Shown here in pieces: positions 48,992 through 59,836 of a stretch of 64,000 bases of DNA. The DNA comes from Squalus acanthias. Lineage: Eukaryota. A program made the translations under genes and the position numbers. Every line of letters starts with the position of its first letter. Position 1 is the stretch's first letter. Location of the stretch: assembly GCA_030390025.1 (NCBI GenBank), contig JASTWF010000121.1, forward strand, positions 248,001-312,000. Direction: 5' to 3'. Below the pieces are notes generated by a model that was given only the letters and a program-made list of their open reading frames with translations, had not been told where the DNA came from and made no database searches.

Positions 48992-49849
48992 TTTCAATAA
49001 GATCACCTCTCATTCTTCTGAACTGCAATGAGTATAGTCCCAACATGCTCAAACTTTCTTCATAAGATAATCCCTTCATCTCAGGAATCAACCTAGTGAA
49101 CCTTCTCTGAACTGCCTCCAATGCAATATATCCCTCCTTAAATAAGGAGACCAAAACTGTACACAGTACTCCAGGTGTGGTCTCACCAACGCCCCGTACA
49201 GTTGTAACAAGACTTCCCTACTTTTATACTCCATCCCCCTTGCAATAAAGGACAACATTCCATTTGCCTTCCTAATTACTTGCTGTACATGCATGCCAAA
49301 TTTTTGTGTTTCATGTACAAGGACCCCCAGATCCCTTTGTACCACAGCATTTTGTAGTCTCTCTCCATTTAAATAATAATTTGCATTTTTATTTTGCATA
49401 CCGAAGTGGATAACCTCACATTTGCCACATTATACTCCATCTGCCAGATTTTTGCCCACTCACTTAACCTATCTATATCCCTTTGGAGATTATTTGTGTC
49501 CTCTTCATAACTTGCTTTCCCACCTACCTTAGTATCATCAGCAAATTTGGCTTCATTGTACTCGGTCCCTTCATCCAAGTCATTAATATGGATCGTTAAC
49601 AACTGAGGCCCCAGCACTGATCCCTGTGGCACCCCACTAGTTACAGTTTGCCAACCTGAAAATGACCCATTTATCCCGACTCTCTGTTTCCTGTTAGTTA
49701 GCCAATCCTCTATCCATGCTAATATATTACCCCCAACCCATGAGCTCTTATCTTGTGCAGTAACCTTTCATGTGGCACCTTATTGAATGCCTTCTGGAAA
49801 TCCAAATACACCACATCTACTGGTTGCCCTTTATCCACCCTGCTCGTTA

Positions 49850-50922
49850 TGTGAGTGTGAGTGTGAGTGTAGTCAGTGAGTGTGTGTGTGAGTGTAGTCA
49901 GTGAGTGTGAGTGTGAGTGTGAGTGTAGTCAGTGAGTGTGAGTGTGAGTGTAGTCAGTGAGTGTGAGTGTGAGTGTGAGTGTAGTCAGTGAGTGTGAGTG
50001 TGAGTGTAGTCAGTGAGTGTGAGTGTGAGTGTGAGTGTAGTCAGTGAGTGTGAGTGTGAGTGTGAGTGTAGTCAGTGAGTGTGAGTGTGAGTGTAGTCAG
50101 TGAGTGTGAGTGTGAGTGTGAGTGTAGTCAGTGAGTGTGAGTGTGAGTGTAGTCAGTGGGTGTGAGTGTGAGTGTGAGTGTAGTCAGTGAATGTGAGTGT
50201 GAGTGTGAGTGTAGTCAGTGAGTGTGAGTGTGAGTGTAGTCAGTGGGTGTGAGTGTGAGTGTGAGTGTAGTCAGTGAGTGTAGTCAGTGAGTGTGAGTGT
50301 GAGTGTAGTCAGTGAGTGTGAGTGTGAGTGTAGTCAGTGAGTGTGAGTGTAGTCAGTGAGTGTAGTCAGTGAGTGTGAGTGTGAGTGTAGTCAGTGAGTG
50401 TGAGTGTGAGTGTAGTCAGTGAGTGTGAGTGTGAGTGTGAGTGTAGTCAGTGAGTGTGAGTGTGAGTGTGAGTGTAGTCAGTGAGTGTGAGTGTGAGTGT
50501 AGTCAGTGAGTGTGAGTGTGAGTGTAGTCAGTGAGTGTGAGTGTGAGTGTGAGTGTAGTCAGTGAGTGTGAGTGTGAGTGTGAGTGTAGTCAGTGAGTGT
50601 GAGTGTGAGTGTAGTAAGTGAGTGTGAGTGTGAGTGTAGTCAGTGGGTGTGAGTGTGAGTGTAGTAAGTGAGTGTGAGTGTGAGTGTAGTCAGTGAGTGT
50701 GAGTGTGAGTGTAGTCAGTGAGTGTGAGTGTGAGTGTGAGTGTAGTCAGTGAGTGTAGTCAGTGAGTGTGAGTGTGAGTGTGAGTCAGTGAGTGTGAGTG
50801 TGAGTGTAGTCAGTGAGTGTGAGTGTGTGTGTGAGTGTAGTCAGTGGGTGTGAGTGTGAGTGCAGTCAGTGAGTGTGAGTGTGAGTGTGAGTGTGAGTGT
50901 AGTCAGTGGGTGTGAGTGTGAG
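49850..50922. repeat. GTGAGT/GTAGTCA compound satellite
   Basis: Same unit as 37451-38724; continues at about 55700-55960 beyond a CR1 insertion. Confidence 0.97.
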
Positions 50923-51010
50923 TTTATTCAGACTGCTGTGTGAGGCAAGGGAGGAGATTGCAGGGGCTCTTACACAAATTTTCAGAACCTCTCTGGCCAC
51001 AGGGGAGGTC

Positions 51011-51089
51011 AAAATTGAGAGGTCGCACAACACCAGGTTATAGTCCAACAGTTGGACTATAACCTGGTGTTGTGCGACCTCTCAATTTT
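51011..51089. repeat. Perfect 79-bp palindrome of Penelope terminal sequence
   Basis: 39-bp arms with a 1-nt spacer; arms match the Penelope pLTR end at about 30052-30091 and 33067-33105; flanked by duplicated CCACAGG(G)GAGGT. Confidence 0.95.
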
Positions 51090-52280
51090 CCACAGGGAGG
51101 TGCCAGAGGACTGGAGGACAGCTAACTTCGTACCATTATTCAAGAAGGGTAGTAGGAATAAAAAAGGGAATTACAGACCAGTGAGCCTAATATCAGTGGT
51201 AGGGAAATTATTGGAAAAAATTCTGAGGGACAGAATTAGTCTCCACTTGGAGAGGCAAGGATTAATCAAGCATCGTCAGCATGGCTTTGTCAGGGGGAGA
51301 TCATGTCTAACCAATTTGATTGAATTATTCAAGGGGCTGACTAGATGTGTGGATGAGGGTAGTGCAGTTGATGTAGTCTACATGGACTTCAGTAAGGCTT
51401 TTGACAAAGTCCCGCATGGGAGACTGGTCAAGAAGGTAAGAGCCCATGGGATCAAGGGCAATTTGGCACATTGGATCCAAAATTGGCTTAGTGGCAGGAG
51501 GAAGAGGGTGATGGTCGAAGGTTGTTTTTGTGACTGGAAGCCTGTGTCCAGTGGTGTACCGCAGGGATCGGTGCTGGGTCCTTTGCTGTTTGTAGTGTAC
51601 ATTAATGATTTAGATATGAATGTAGGAGGTATGATCAGTAAGTCCGCAGATGACACAAAAATTGGTGGAGTGGTAAATAGCGAGGAGGGAAGCCTCAGGC
51701 TACAGGACGATATAGATGGATTGGTTAGATGGGCAGAACAGTGGCAAATGGAATTTAACCCTGAAAAGTGTGAGGTGATGCATTTTGGGAGGACTAACAA
51801 GGCAAGGGAATATACAATGAATGGTAGAACCCTAGGAAGGACAGAGGATCAGAGGGACCTTGGTGTGCATGTACATAGATCCCTGAAGGCAGCAGGACAG
51901 GTAGATAAGGTGGTTAAAAAGGCATAGGGGATACTTGCCTTCATTAGCCGAGGCATAGAATATAAGAGCAGGGAGGTTATGATGGAGCTGTACAAAACGC
52001 TGGTAAGGCCACAGCTGGAATACTGTGTGCAGTTCTGGTCGCCACACTATAGGAAGGATGCGATTGCATTGGAGAGGGTGCAGAGGAGATTCACCAGGAT
52101 GTTACCTGGGGTGGAGCGCTTCAGCTATGAAGAGAGACTGGACAGGCTGGGGTTGTTTTCCTTAGAGCAGAGAAGGCTGAGGGGGGACCTGATTGAGGTG
52201 TACAAAATTATGAGAGGCATAGATAGGGTAGATAGAAAGGAACTTTTCCCCTTAGTAGAGGGGTCAATAACCAGGGGGCA

Positions 52281-55200
52281 CAGAAACATAAAAGATAGGA
52301 GCAGGAGTAGGCCATTCGGCCCCTCGAGCCTGCTCCGCCATTCAATGCGATCATGGCTGATCATCCAAATTCAGTACCCTGTCCTTGCTTTCTCCCATAT
52401 CCTTGATCCCCTTAGCCTTAAGAAATATATCTAACTCCTTCTTGAATATATTTAATGAATTGGACTCAACTGTCTTCTGTGGTAGAGAATTCCACAGGTT
52501 CACCACTCTCTGGGTGAAGAAATTCCTCCTCATCTCAGTCCTAAATGGCTTACCCCTTATCCTTAGACTGTGACCCCTGGATCTGGACTCACCCACCATC
52601 GGGAACATCCTTCCTGCATCTAGTCTGTCTAGTCCTGTTAGAATTTTATAAGTTTCAATGAGATCCCCTCTCATTCTTCTAAACTCTAGCGAATGCAAGC
52701 CCAATCGACCCAATCTCTCTTCATACGTCATTCCTGCCATCCCAGGTATCAGTCTGGTCAATCTTCGCTGCACTCTCTCCATGGCAAGAACATCCTTCCT
52801 CAGATAAGGCGACCAAAACTGCACACAATACTCAAGGTGTGGACTCACCAAGGCCCTGTACAACTGCAGCAAGACATCCTTGCTCCTGTACTCGAATCCT
52901 CTCGCTATGAAGGCCAACATACCATTTGCCTTCTTAACCTCCTGCTGCACCTGCATGCTTACCTTCAGCGACTGGGGCACAAGGACACCCAGGTCTCGTT
53001 GCACTTCCCCTTTTCCCAATCTATTGCCGTTCAGATAATATTCTGCCTTCCTGTTTTTGCCACCGAAGTGGATAACCTCGCATTTATCCACATTATACTG
53101 CATCTGCCATGCATCTGCCCAATCACTGTAGGGGGTGGTATGTGGGGTGAGCCTTCACCTCTGACTCAGTGAGCGGTTCGAATCGCTCCCACGCCCTTGG
53201 TTCTAGACTTTGGACTTATTTAGGGGTTGTGAACAAAGATGCAGTAGACAACAAGATCTGATGAAAGAATTTTGACTTTATTAAAAGAAAAAGGTAACAA
53301 ACTTAAAACACACTTAATACTTAAACACAGGTTGGGGAACAAACAGTACAGGTGAGGGAGAATGACAAAATACAAAAAAAACCTTATCCCTCCCAAAAAT
53401 CCCACTATCTAGCTAGGTTTTGGTTTCAGGAGATCAGGGATAATGCTCACCAAACGAATCCTTGACAGTTGAGAGTTAGGGTTTAGAGCCTTTTGAGTAA
53501 AAGGTTTTGTAAGGCCCTTGTTGCCGCGAGGTGTCCGATGGTCACTGAGGCAGTCGCTCTGGTTTCTTCTTGCGTGTTGGTCTGTTTGTGAAGTTGTTGG
53601 CCTTCTTTCCTCCTCCTGCTCGTGGCTTGTGGTGTCTTGCTGGAACAGAGCTGAGAGAGAGCTGTGCGAGCGTTGAGAGCGTTGTCAAAGAGTCCAGAGA
53701 GAGAGAGAGACTGTCTTGGGGGATAAGGCCCCCAATTATACTATTCAGCCCCTTTGTCCTTTTCGCGCCCAAAACCCCTTACTAAATCGGTTTCCTTTAG
53801 ATTTCAAATGAGCCCTGTAAATTCCATTGTCTTAGTTTTGGTGGGCTTGTTAGTTTCAATGGCTTTAACTTGGTGTTAAACATGTCCTGATGGCTTCTGA
53901 TGTTTCCATTTGGGCAGGGCCTTTATCTGCGCGCCAAATCTTGTCCCTATTGTCCTAAGTTTTTGGCGGGTTTGTAAATCTGTCCCTTTGGATACCTGGT
54001 TGATTGGTTTTTGATGAAGTAATCGGGGTACTAAATGTTTTATTGATTTCAGGCTTCTGGTATCCTGTTTGGGCCTGGGAATTTCAAAAGAGGTCTTGGA
54101 TTATTCATATTTCGATGTGTGTGTGAGGCTTTGGGTTTGTCTCTTCTTCCTTGGTAGGAATGCAGTGTAAACAAATTCCCAGACAGCTTGATTGGGCCCC
54201 CATACCCAAAGCTGTCCACTGCCTGGCCACGCCCCTCCACAGCCTGTCTGTGTCTGTGAAAGGTGTCTTTCCCAACAGTAAGATTCAAAGGTCATTTTCC
54301 TCAGGTTTTCTTCTTCCCTGATCTTTAAAATGTCCAAAACTGAGGTTTTTACCTCAAATCACTTCACTGAGGTCCCATCCTCCCAAGTTTGTATGAAAGG
54401 TCCAAAAATCACTCCCTTCACTGTTCTGTTCGAGTTTCTGGGGGATTTTGCGAAGCCTACATCACCCAACCTGTCCAAATCATCCTGGAGTTTCTCTGCA
54501 TCCTCCTCACAGCACACACGCCCACCCAGCTTTGTGTCATCTGCAAACTTGGAGATATTACATCTAGTTCCCTCGTCTAGATCATTAATATATATTGTGA
54601 ATAACTGGGGTCCTAGCACCGATCCCTGCGGTACCCCACTAGTCACTGCCTGCCACTCTGAAAAATACCCGTTTATTCCAACTCTTTGCTTCATTTCTGA
54701 CAACCAGTTTTCTATCCAAGACAGTACCTTACCCCCAATCCCATGTGCTTTAACTTTGCACGCTAATCTCTTATGCGGGACCTTATCGAAAGCCTTTTGA
54801 AAGTCCAAATACACCACATCCACTGGTTCTCCCTTATCTATTCTACCAGTTACATCCTCAAAAATTTCTAGTAGATTAGTCAAGCATGATTTCCCTTTTG
54901 TAAATCCATGTCGACTTTGTCCGATCCTGTCACTGTTTTCCAAGTGCTCTGCTATTACATCTTTTATAATGGACTCTAGCATTTTCCCCACTACCGATGT
55001 CAGGCTTACCGGTCTATAATTCCCCATTTTCTCTCTACCACCTTTTTTTAACAGTGGGGTTACATTAGCTACCCTGCAATCCATGGGAACTGTTCCAGAG
55101 TCTATAGAATTTTGGAAGATGACCAGCAATGCATCTACTATTTCTAGGGCCACTTCCTTAAGTACCCTAGGATGTAGATTATCAGGCCCTGGGGATTTAT

Positions 55201-55340
55201 CGGCCTTCAATCCCGTCAATTTCCCTAACACCATTTCCTTACAAATACTGATTTCATTCAGTTCATCCCTCTCATTAGAACCTATGTTCCCCGACATCTC
55301 TGGGAGGTTATTTGTGTCCTCCTTTGTGAAGACAGAACCA
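52281..55340 (-). mobile_element. Young CR1-clade LINE nested in a CR1, flanked by a 77-bp duplication
   Basis: ORFs 54359-55426 and 52351-53103; host 52204-52280 is repeated at 55341-55417. Confidence 0.92.
53127..54461 (-). mobile_element. Solo LTR (1335 bp; Gypsy- or ERV-type)
   Basis: TGTAGG...CCTACA termini, 4-bp TSD TCAC (53123-53126, 54462-54465), AATAAA on minus at 53277-53282; cleanly interrupts the CR1 RT. Confidence 0.85.
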
Positions 55341-55699
55341 AAAATTATGAGGGGCATAGATAGGGCAGATAGAAAGGAACTTTGCCCCTTAGTAGAGGGG
55401 TCAATAACCAGGGGGCATAGTTTCAAGGTAAGGGTCAGGAGGTTTAGAGGGGCTTTGAGGAAAACTTTTTCACCCAGAGGGTGGTTGGAATCTGGAACTC
55501 ACTGCCTGAAAGGGTAGTAGAGGCAGGAACCCTCACAACATTCAGGAAGCATTTAGATGAACATTTGAAACACCATAGCATACAAGGCTACGGACCAAGT
55601 GCTGGAAAATGGGATTAGAATAGACAGGGCTTGATGGCCGGCGCGGACACGATGGGCCGAAGGGCCTGTTTCTGTGCTGTGTAACTCTATGTCTCTATG

Positions 55700-55960
55700 A
55701 GTGTGAGTGTGTGTGTTTGTGTGTGATTGTAGTCAATGAGTTTGAGTGTGTGAGTGTTTGTGAGTGTAGTCAGTGGATGTGAGTGTGTGTGTGATTGTAG
55801 TCAATGAGTGTGAGTGTGTGAGTGTTTGTGAGTGAGTGTAGTCAGTGGGTGTGAGTGTGTGTGAGTGAGTGTAGTCAGTGGATGTGAGTGTGTGAGTGGA
55901 GTCAGTGGGTGTGAGTGTGAGTGTGGAGTCAGTGGGTGTGAGTGTGTGAGTGTAATCACT
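55700..55960. repeat. Degenerate GTGAGT/GTAGTCA satellite
   Basis: Same motif as 49850-50922, more decayed. Confidence 0.85.
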
Positions 55961-56423
55961 GGGTGGGGGAGCAGTAATTAATTGTGGACGGCTCATGGGG
56001 AAAAAGCTGGGTTGTGGGATCAAGGTGGGATTTGGAGATGAGCAATATGTCACCACTTTGGTGATTTGGGCAAGGGAAGATGCCAGCCAATATGTCCTGG
56101 GCCAGAGGAGGAGGCCAGGATCAGGTGGGGACAGGCTGTTTGGGAGCTGGTGTAACACGTGTGGGTGCGAGAAACTGGGGATTGGCTCTGAGTGGCTCCT
56201 GAGCACAGGGGGTGTACAGGGCCAGTTAGTAATCAGGTGGTACCTGGTGCCGGTGAATACTCGGGGGCACTATGTACTTGGCAGCAGAATGAGTAGTGAA
56301 GACTCAGGGTCAGGGAAAGGTGAGCATTGAGAGGAAAGCAGTGAGCACGGACAGGGTGGGGAGGGGATTAGGGAGTTTCAGGGAACATGCTGTGGGACTT
56401 GAGCAATGAGCAGAGCACCAGAG

Positions 56424-56787
56424 GAGGCTGGTATCAGGGAGGAGGGAGAGGGTGAAGTGTGGGGCTTGGGTACCCTAGTGGGGACAGGGAGCAGGCAAAG
56501 CCTAAGGCTGGGGACTGGTATCAGGGAGGAGGGAGAGGGTGAAGTGTGGGGCTTGGGGACCCTAGTGGGGACAGGGAGCAGGCAAAGCCTGAGGCTGGGG
56601 GCTGGTATCAGGGAGGAGGGAGAGGGTGAAGTGTGGGGCTTGGAAACACTAGTGGGGACAGGGAGCAGGCAAAGCCTGAGGCTGGGGGCTGGTATCAGGG
56701 AGGAGGGAGAGGGTGAAGTGTGGGGCTTGGGGACCCTAGTGGGGACAGGGAGCAGGCAAAGCCTGAGGCTGGGGGCTGTAATCAGGA
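56424..56787. repeat. 87-bp G-rich tandem repeat, about 4 copies
   Basis: Unit starts recur at 87-bp spacing (e.g. tcagggagga at 56434 and 56521). Confidence 0.95.
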
Positions 56788-58203
56788 AAACAGGAGTGGG
56801 AGATATCTGACTCATGATGTCTCTATATAGAGCGGGAAAAAGTGTGTGTGTGAAGATTTGTGACAAATCTTGCAGTTGAGTGGAGTTGCGATTGCTGTAG
56901 ACAGTCATTGCAAAATGTTTCTACTGGTTGTATCGAATCTATTGGTGTATTAGGCTGTTATCCTTCTGTCAGAGAGAGGCACTGAGAGAAGGAGACTGCG
57001 CAGAAGCACTGAGGCCCCACATCAATAGAACCCTTAAAAATATCAGCACAAAAGGTCCAACTGAATAATGTAAGTTTTAGGAAAGGTGAGAAACTCAAGA
57101 CTCAAACTCGAAAGAGAACTTGTGGCTCTGCAACCGGAGGTATTGGCGAGATGTCCAATAGGACTCGGGAGCTGGCTATGGACCAGCTTCAATATTCGGT
57201 GAATTATTTGTTTTATGAATTTATGATGTTATAAACCTTGTTGTTTCGGTCTAAATGTTTGGGTAGCTGAGGAAATGACAAAGGCTCCACAGAAATGGGA
57301 ACAATTTATCTCATCAGTTTGTTTGGTTTATTCTGTGGTAGCCGTTGGTTCATGAATGGCAGCGTTGAAACAAACCCAGCATTTTAATTGAGCATCAGTG
57401 ACTTTTCCCACCGATCCATAAATGCAACTGGTTTTCAATTGGTTTGGATTTAATTGATGGGATATTTGAGGCAGTGAGCATGGTTAGCTTAGCAGGTAGT
57501 TCTTAATAAACACAAGCATTATTTGATGACACTTTCGAGGTGTAATACTTTTGAAAAGTGTGACTTTCTGATGTGCATTAGATATAATTAAACCAGTGGA
57601 TCTTCTGTGGCATTGCTCCTGGTCTGTTGGATGACGTGCTGTTTTACAGCAACAGAAAGGTTGGACCGTTTGCTGCACAATGCATTATTCTGCTGCCGTG
57701 GTGGAGATTTCTTTAAGCTACAGTTTGCCTATAAAATCAGAAAATGTAATTGGTGTAAATCCCAAGGTCAATTAAAGGTTAATTGTTGGTGAGAGAGGAG
57801 CTTGTAACCAACATGTAATGAGACTTATTCTTTTTATATATACTTTCAAAAGTGTGATACGTGAAGTCTGATGGACACATGGTAGACACAAGACTTCTAT
57901 CTGGATGATTGGATGTCAACACCCATTCTCATTGTTCTGCATACAACTTATTACTCAATATTTGCTCACGTGTGTGCTGCTGAGATGGACATTGAATCAC
58001 TTAGGATGACAAGTCTCTCAGTGCAGAGGCTGAGGGAGGAATGGAGGGAGGATATCTCTGTGAGAAACTTGGGGTGGGGCTTGGGGAGGGTGGGTGGTAG
58101 AAAAATGAAGAGTTGAAAAGACAGGCTACAGTGGTGGAACAATTAGCTGCTTAAAAGTGGAGAAGGTACCAGAGGAGTAGGAGATACCGATGTGTGACGA
58201 TTT

Positions 58204-58620
58204 CGTCAAGGTGACCACAGGCCTCACCCTTTCTGCCTTTAGCTCTCCCAGGCTAGCACAAGGACCATGTGCAGTGTCAGCCTCTTTGCTGCCCCGGGTG
58301 TTACCGAACAGGGGACTGATGCATTGGTCAGCAGGGCCAAGACTCTCACCTCCTTTCCTAGACACAGAAACAGCAGCGTCACCGGGCTCGCCAGTTTCAC
58401 TGCACTGCAGGATTCTGAAATCCATGGAACACTGACAGCACCCATAAGGCCTATAGGCAAAATGCAGTAGCCTACATGATCAGAAAAGGATTCGACTCCA
58501 TCGGTGTGCAGCTACTGCGTGATATCAATGCCATGTCAGGCGGGGCAACACCCCTTCCCAGGCAGCAGTCCCTGCTCTTTCACTTTAAGACAATTATCTG
58601 TGGCAGGTTTATTTGAAGGT
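58204..58620 (+). mobile_element. Degenerate PIF/Harbinger (HARBI1-like, DDE_Tnp_4) transposase remnant
   Basis: Pieces VKVTTGLTL.AFSS, YMIRKGFDSIGVQLLRD (cf. NRKGFHSINVQ.VCD) and FPGSSPCSFTLRQ (cf. YPGS.HD.FILRQ), separated by frameshifts. Confidence 0.7.
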
Positions 58621-58761
58621 GAAGGCATGTCGTTACTCTCAGTCCCTCTCCCTCCTTTCACAATCTTTGCCCTCGTCTGCCTCCCTAAAAGCCTCTGCAT
58701 TTGCTACATCATCTTCTGTCATTTCCACCACCTACAGTATGATGCCACCAGTGAACATATC

Positions 58762-59836
58762 GGCCCAAAAATTAAACCTAATACGCGAGAGTACGCACTG
58801 TGTACTCTCGCGTATTAGATTCCGAATTGCCGGTTTCCTGCATGCACTGCGCATGCGCGGGAAACCGGCATTTCGTGAATTGCAAAAGGGGCAGTTCCTA
58901 AGTGAACCACGTGCGCGCTACACGCTGTGCGCACGCAGTGCACTTAGTTTTTTTTCAGCTTTGGACGCGCAGGTAAGTGGTGAAGATTTTACACATAAAG
59001 AAAGCAGGCGTAGGACCCCCTTTTAACAAGGTACAGGAAACTCTTTATTAACCGGCACCGACGGGACCGGCGTGGTGCCGGTTTATCGAAAGTACCGGAT
59101 AATGGAGAGTTATATCTACCGAGGCGATTTTTAACAAAGAAAAATAAATAAATCAAGAAATGTGCAGTATACAGTATTTGGGTACTTTTGAAAACTACCC
59201 CTACTGACTAAATCGGCGTTCACGGACTCGGACTCGGGATCGGCAACATTGCCGGTTATTTGAGAGGAGTTTTCGGAGGATGATTTTTGCCGGTTAAGCG
59301 AGAATTCCGGATATTTGGGTGCCGGATAAACAAAAGTTTCCTGTAAGTAGTTAATTAAGTGTTACTTTAAATTTTTTTCAACAGGTTTATCTTTTTTAGA
59401 GATTTTAAAGAAAGGTAAGTTTATTTTTATAACTTTTAAAAAGATTTTAAATTTTTTCAAAAATTTAATTTTTTGTTTAAAGTGGTTAATTTATTTAACT
59501 ATACTTATTTTATTAATGTGATGGCTTTTTTTTTAATTTAATTGAGGTTCAGCTGTTCTTTTGGGGGTTTGTAGTATTCATAGCTTTGACAGCTCTTGCT
59601 GTCAAAACTATGAATGAAAGATCGTGTGCTGCCATTGGCTCTAACTGAATCACGTGATCCCAGAGCTCGCAAAAACTAATTGCGCCTGTGGGATACGCAC
59701 ACACTGCACAGTTGCAACAAGAAGAGGCTCTGAAACTAAAGTTCGTGTGGGCCCCAAACAAAAAGGTAGGCGCGGAGTGCGATATCGCGGAGAATCCTTA
59801 CCCCCGCGGGAACCATCGATGTTTAATTTCTGGGCC
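58762..59836. mobile_element. PIF/Harbinger-like MITE, related to 3275-4038
   Basis: TIRs ggcccaaaaattaaac / gtttaatttctgggcc (15/16 match); internal homology to 3275-4038. Confidence 0.8.
59034..59343. mobile_element. Tc1/mariner-pogo (Tigger-like) MITE, 310 bp
   Basis: TA TSD (59032-59033, 59344-59345); about 26-bp TIRs caggaaac...ccggcacc; the empty site caaggTAagt is seen in the related element near 3541. Confidence 0.85.

Larger units (their letters stand above)
38755..49849 (+). repeat. Segmental duplication, copy 2 (contains VJ exon 2)
   Basis: Colinear with 14081-34956; bounded on both sides by GTGAGT satellite. Confidence 0.92.
50923..55699 (+). mobile_element. CR1-clade LINE (second family), host of nested insertions
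   Basis: ORFs 51052-51927 and 51979-52434 ([22 protein letters not shown]); 3' end resumes at 55341-55699. Confidence 0.92.

Noticed and set aside
56378-56908. Repetitive ORFs of 134-176 aa
   Set aside because: They result from the 87-bp tandem repeat being open on both strands, with no splice or homology support.
56895-57075. Possible transmembrane/cytoplasmic exon (MFLLVVSNLLVY*AVILL..RRRLRR)
   Set aside because: There is an in-frame stop within the hydrophobic stretch, the acceptor is weak, and nothing else supports it.
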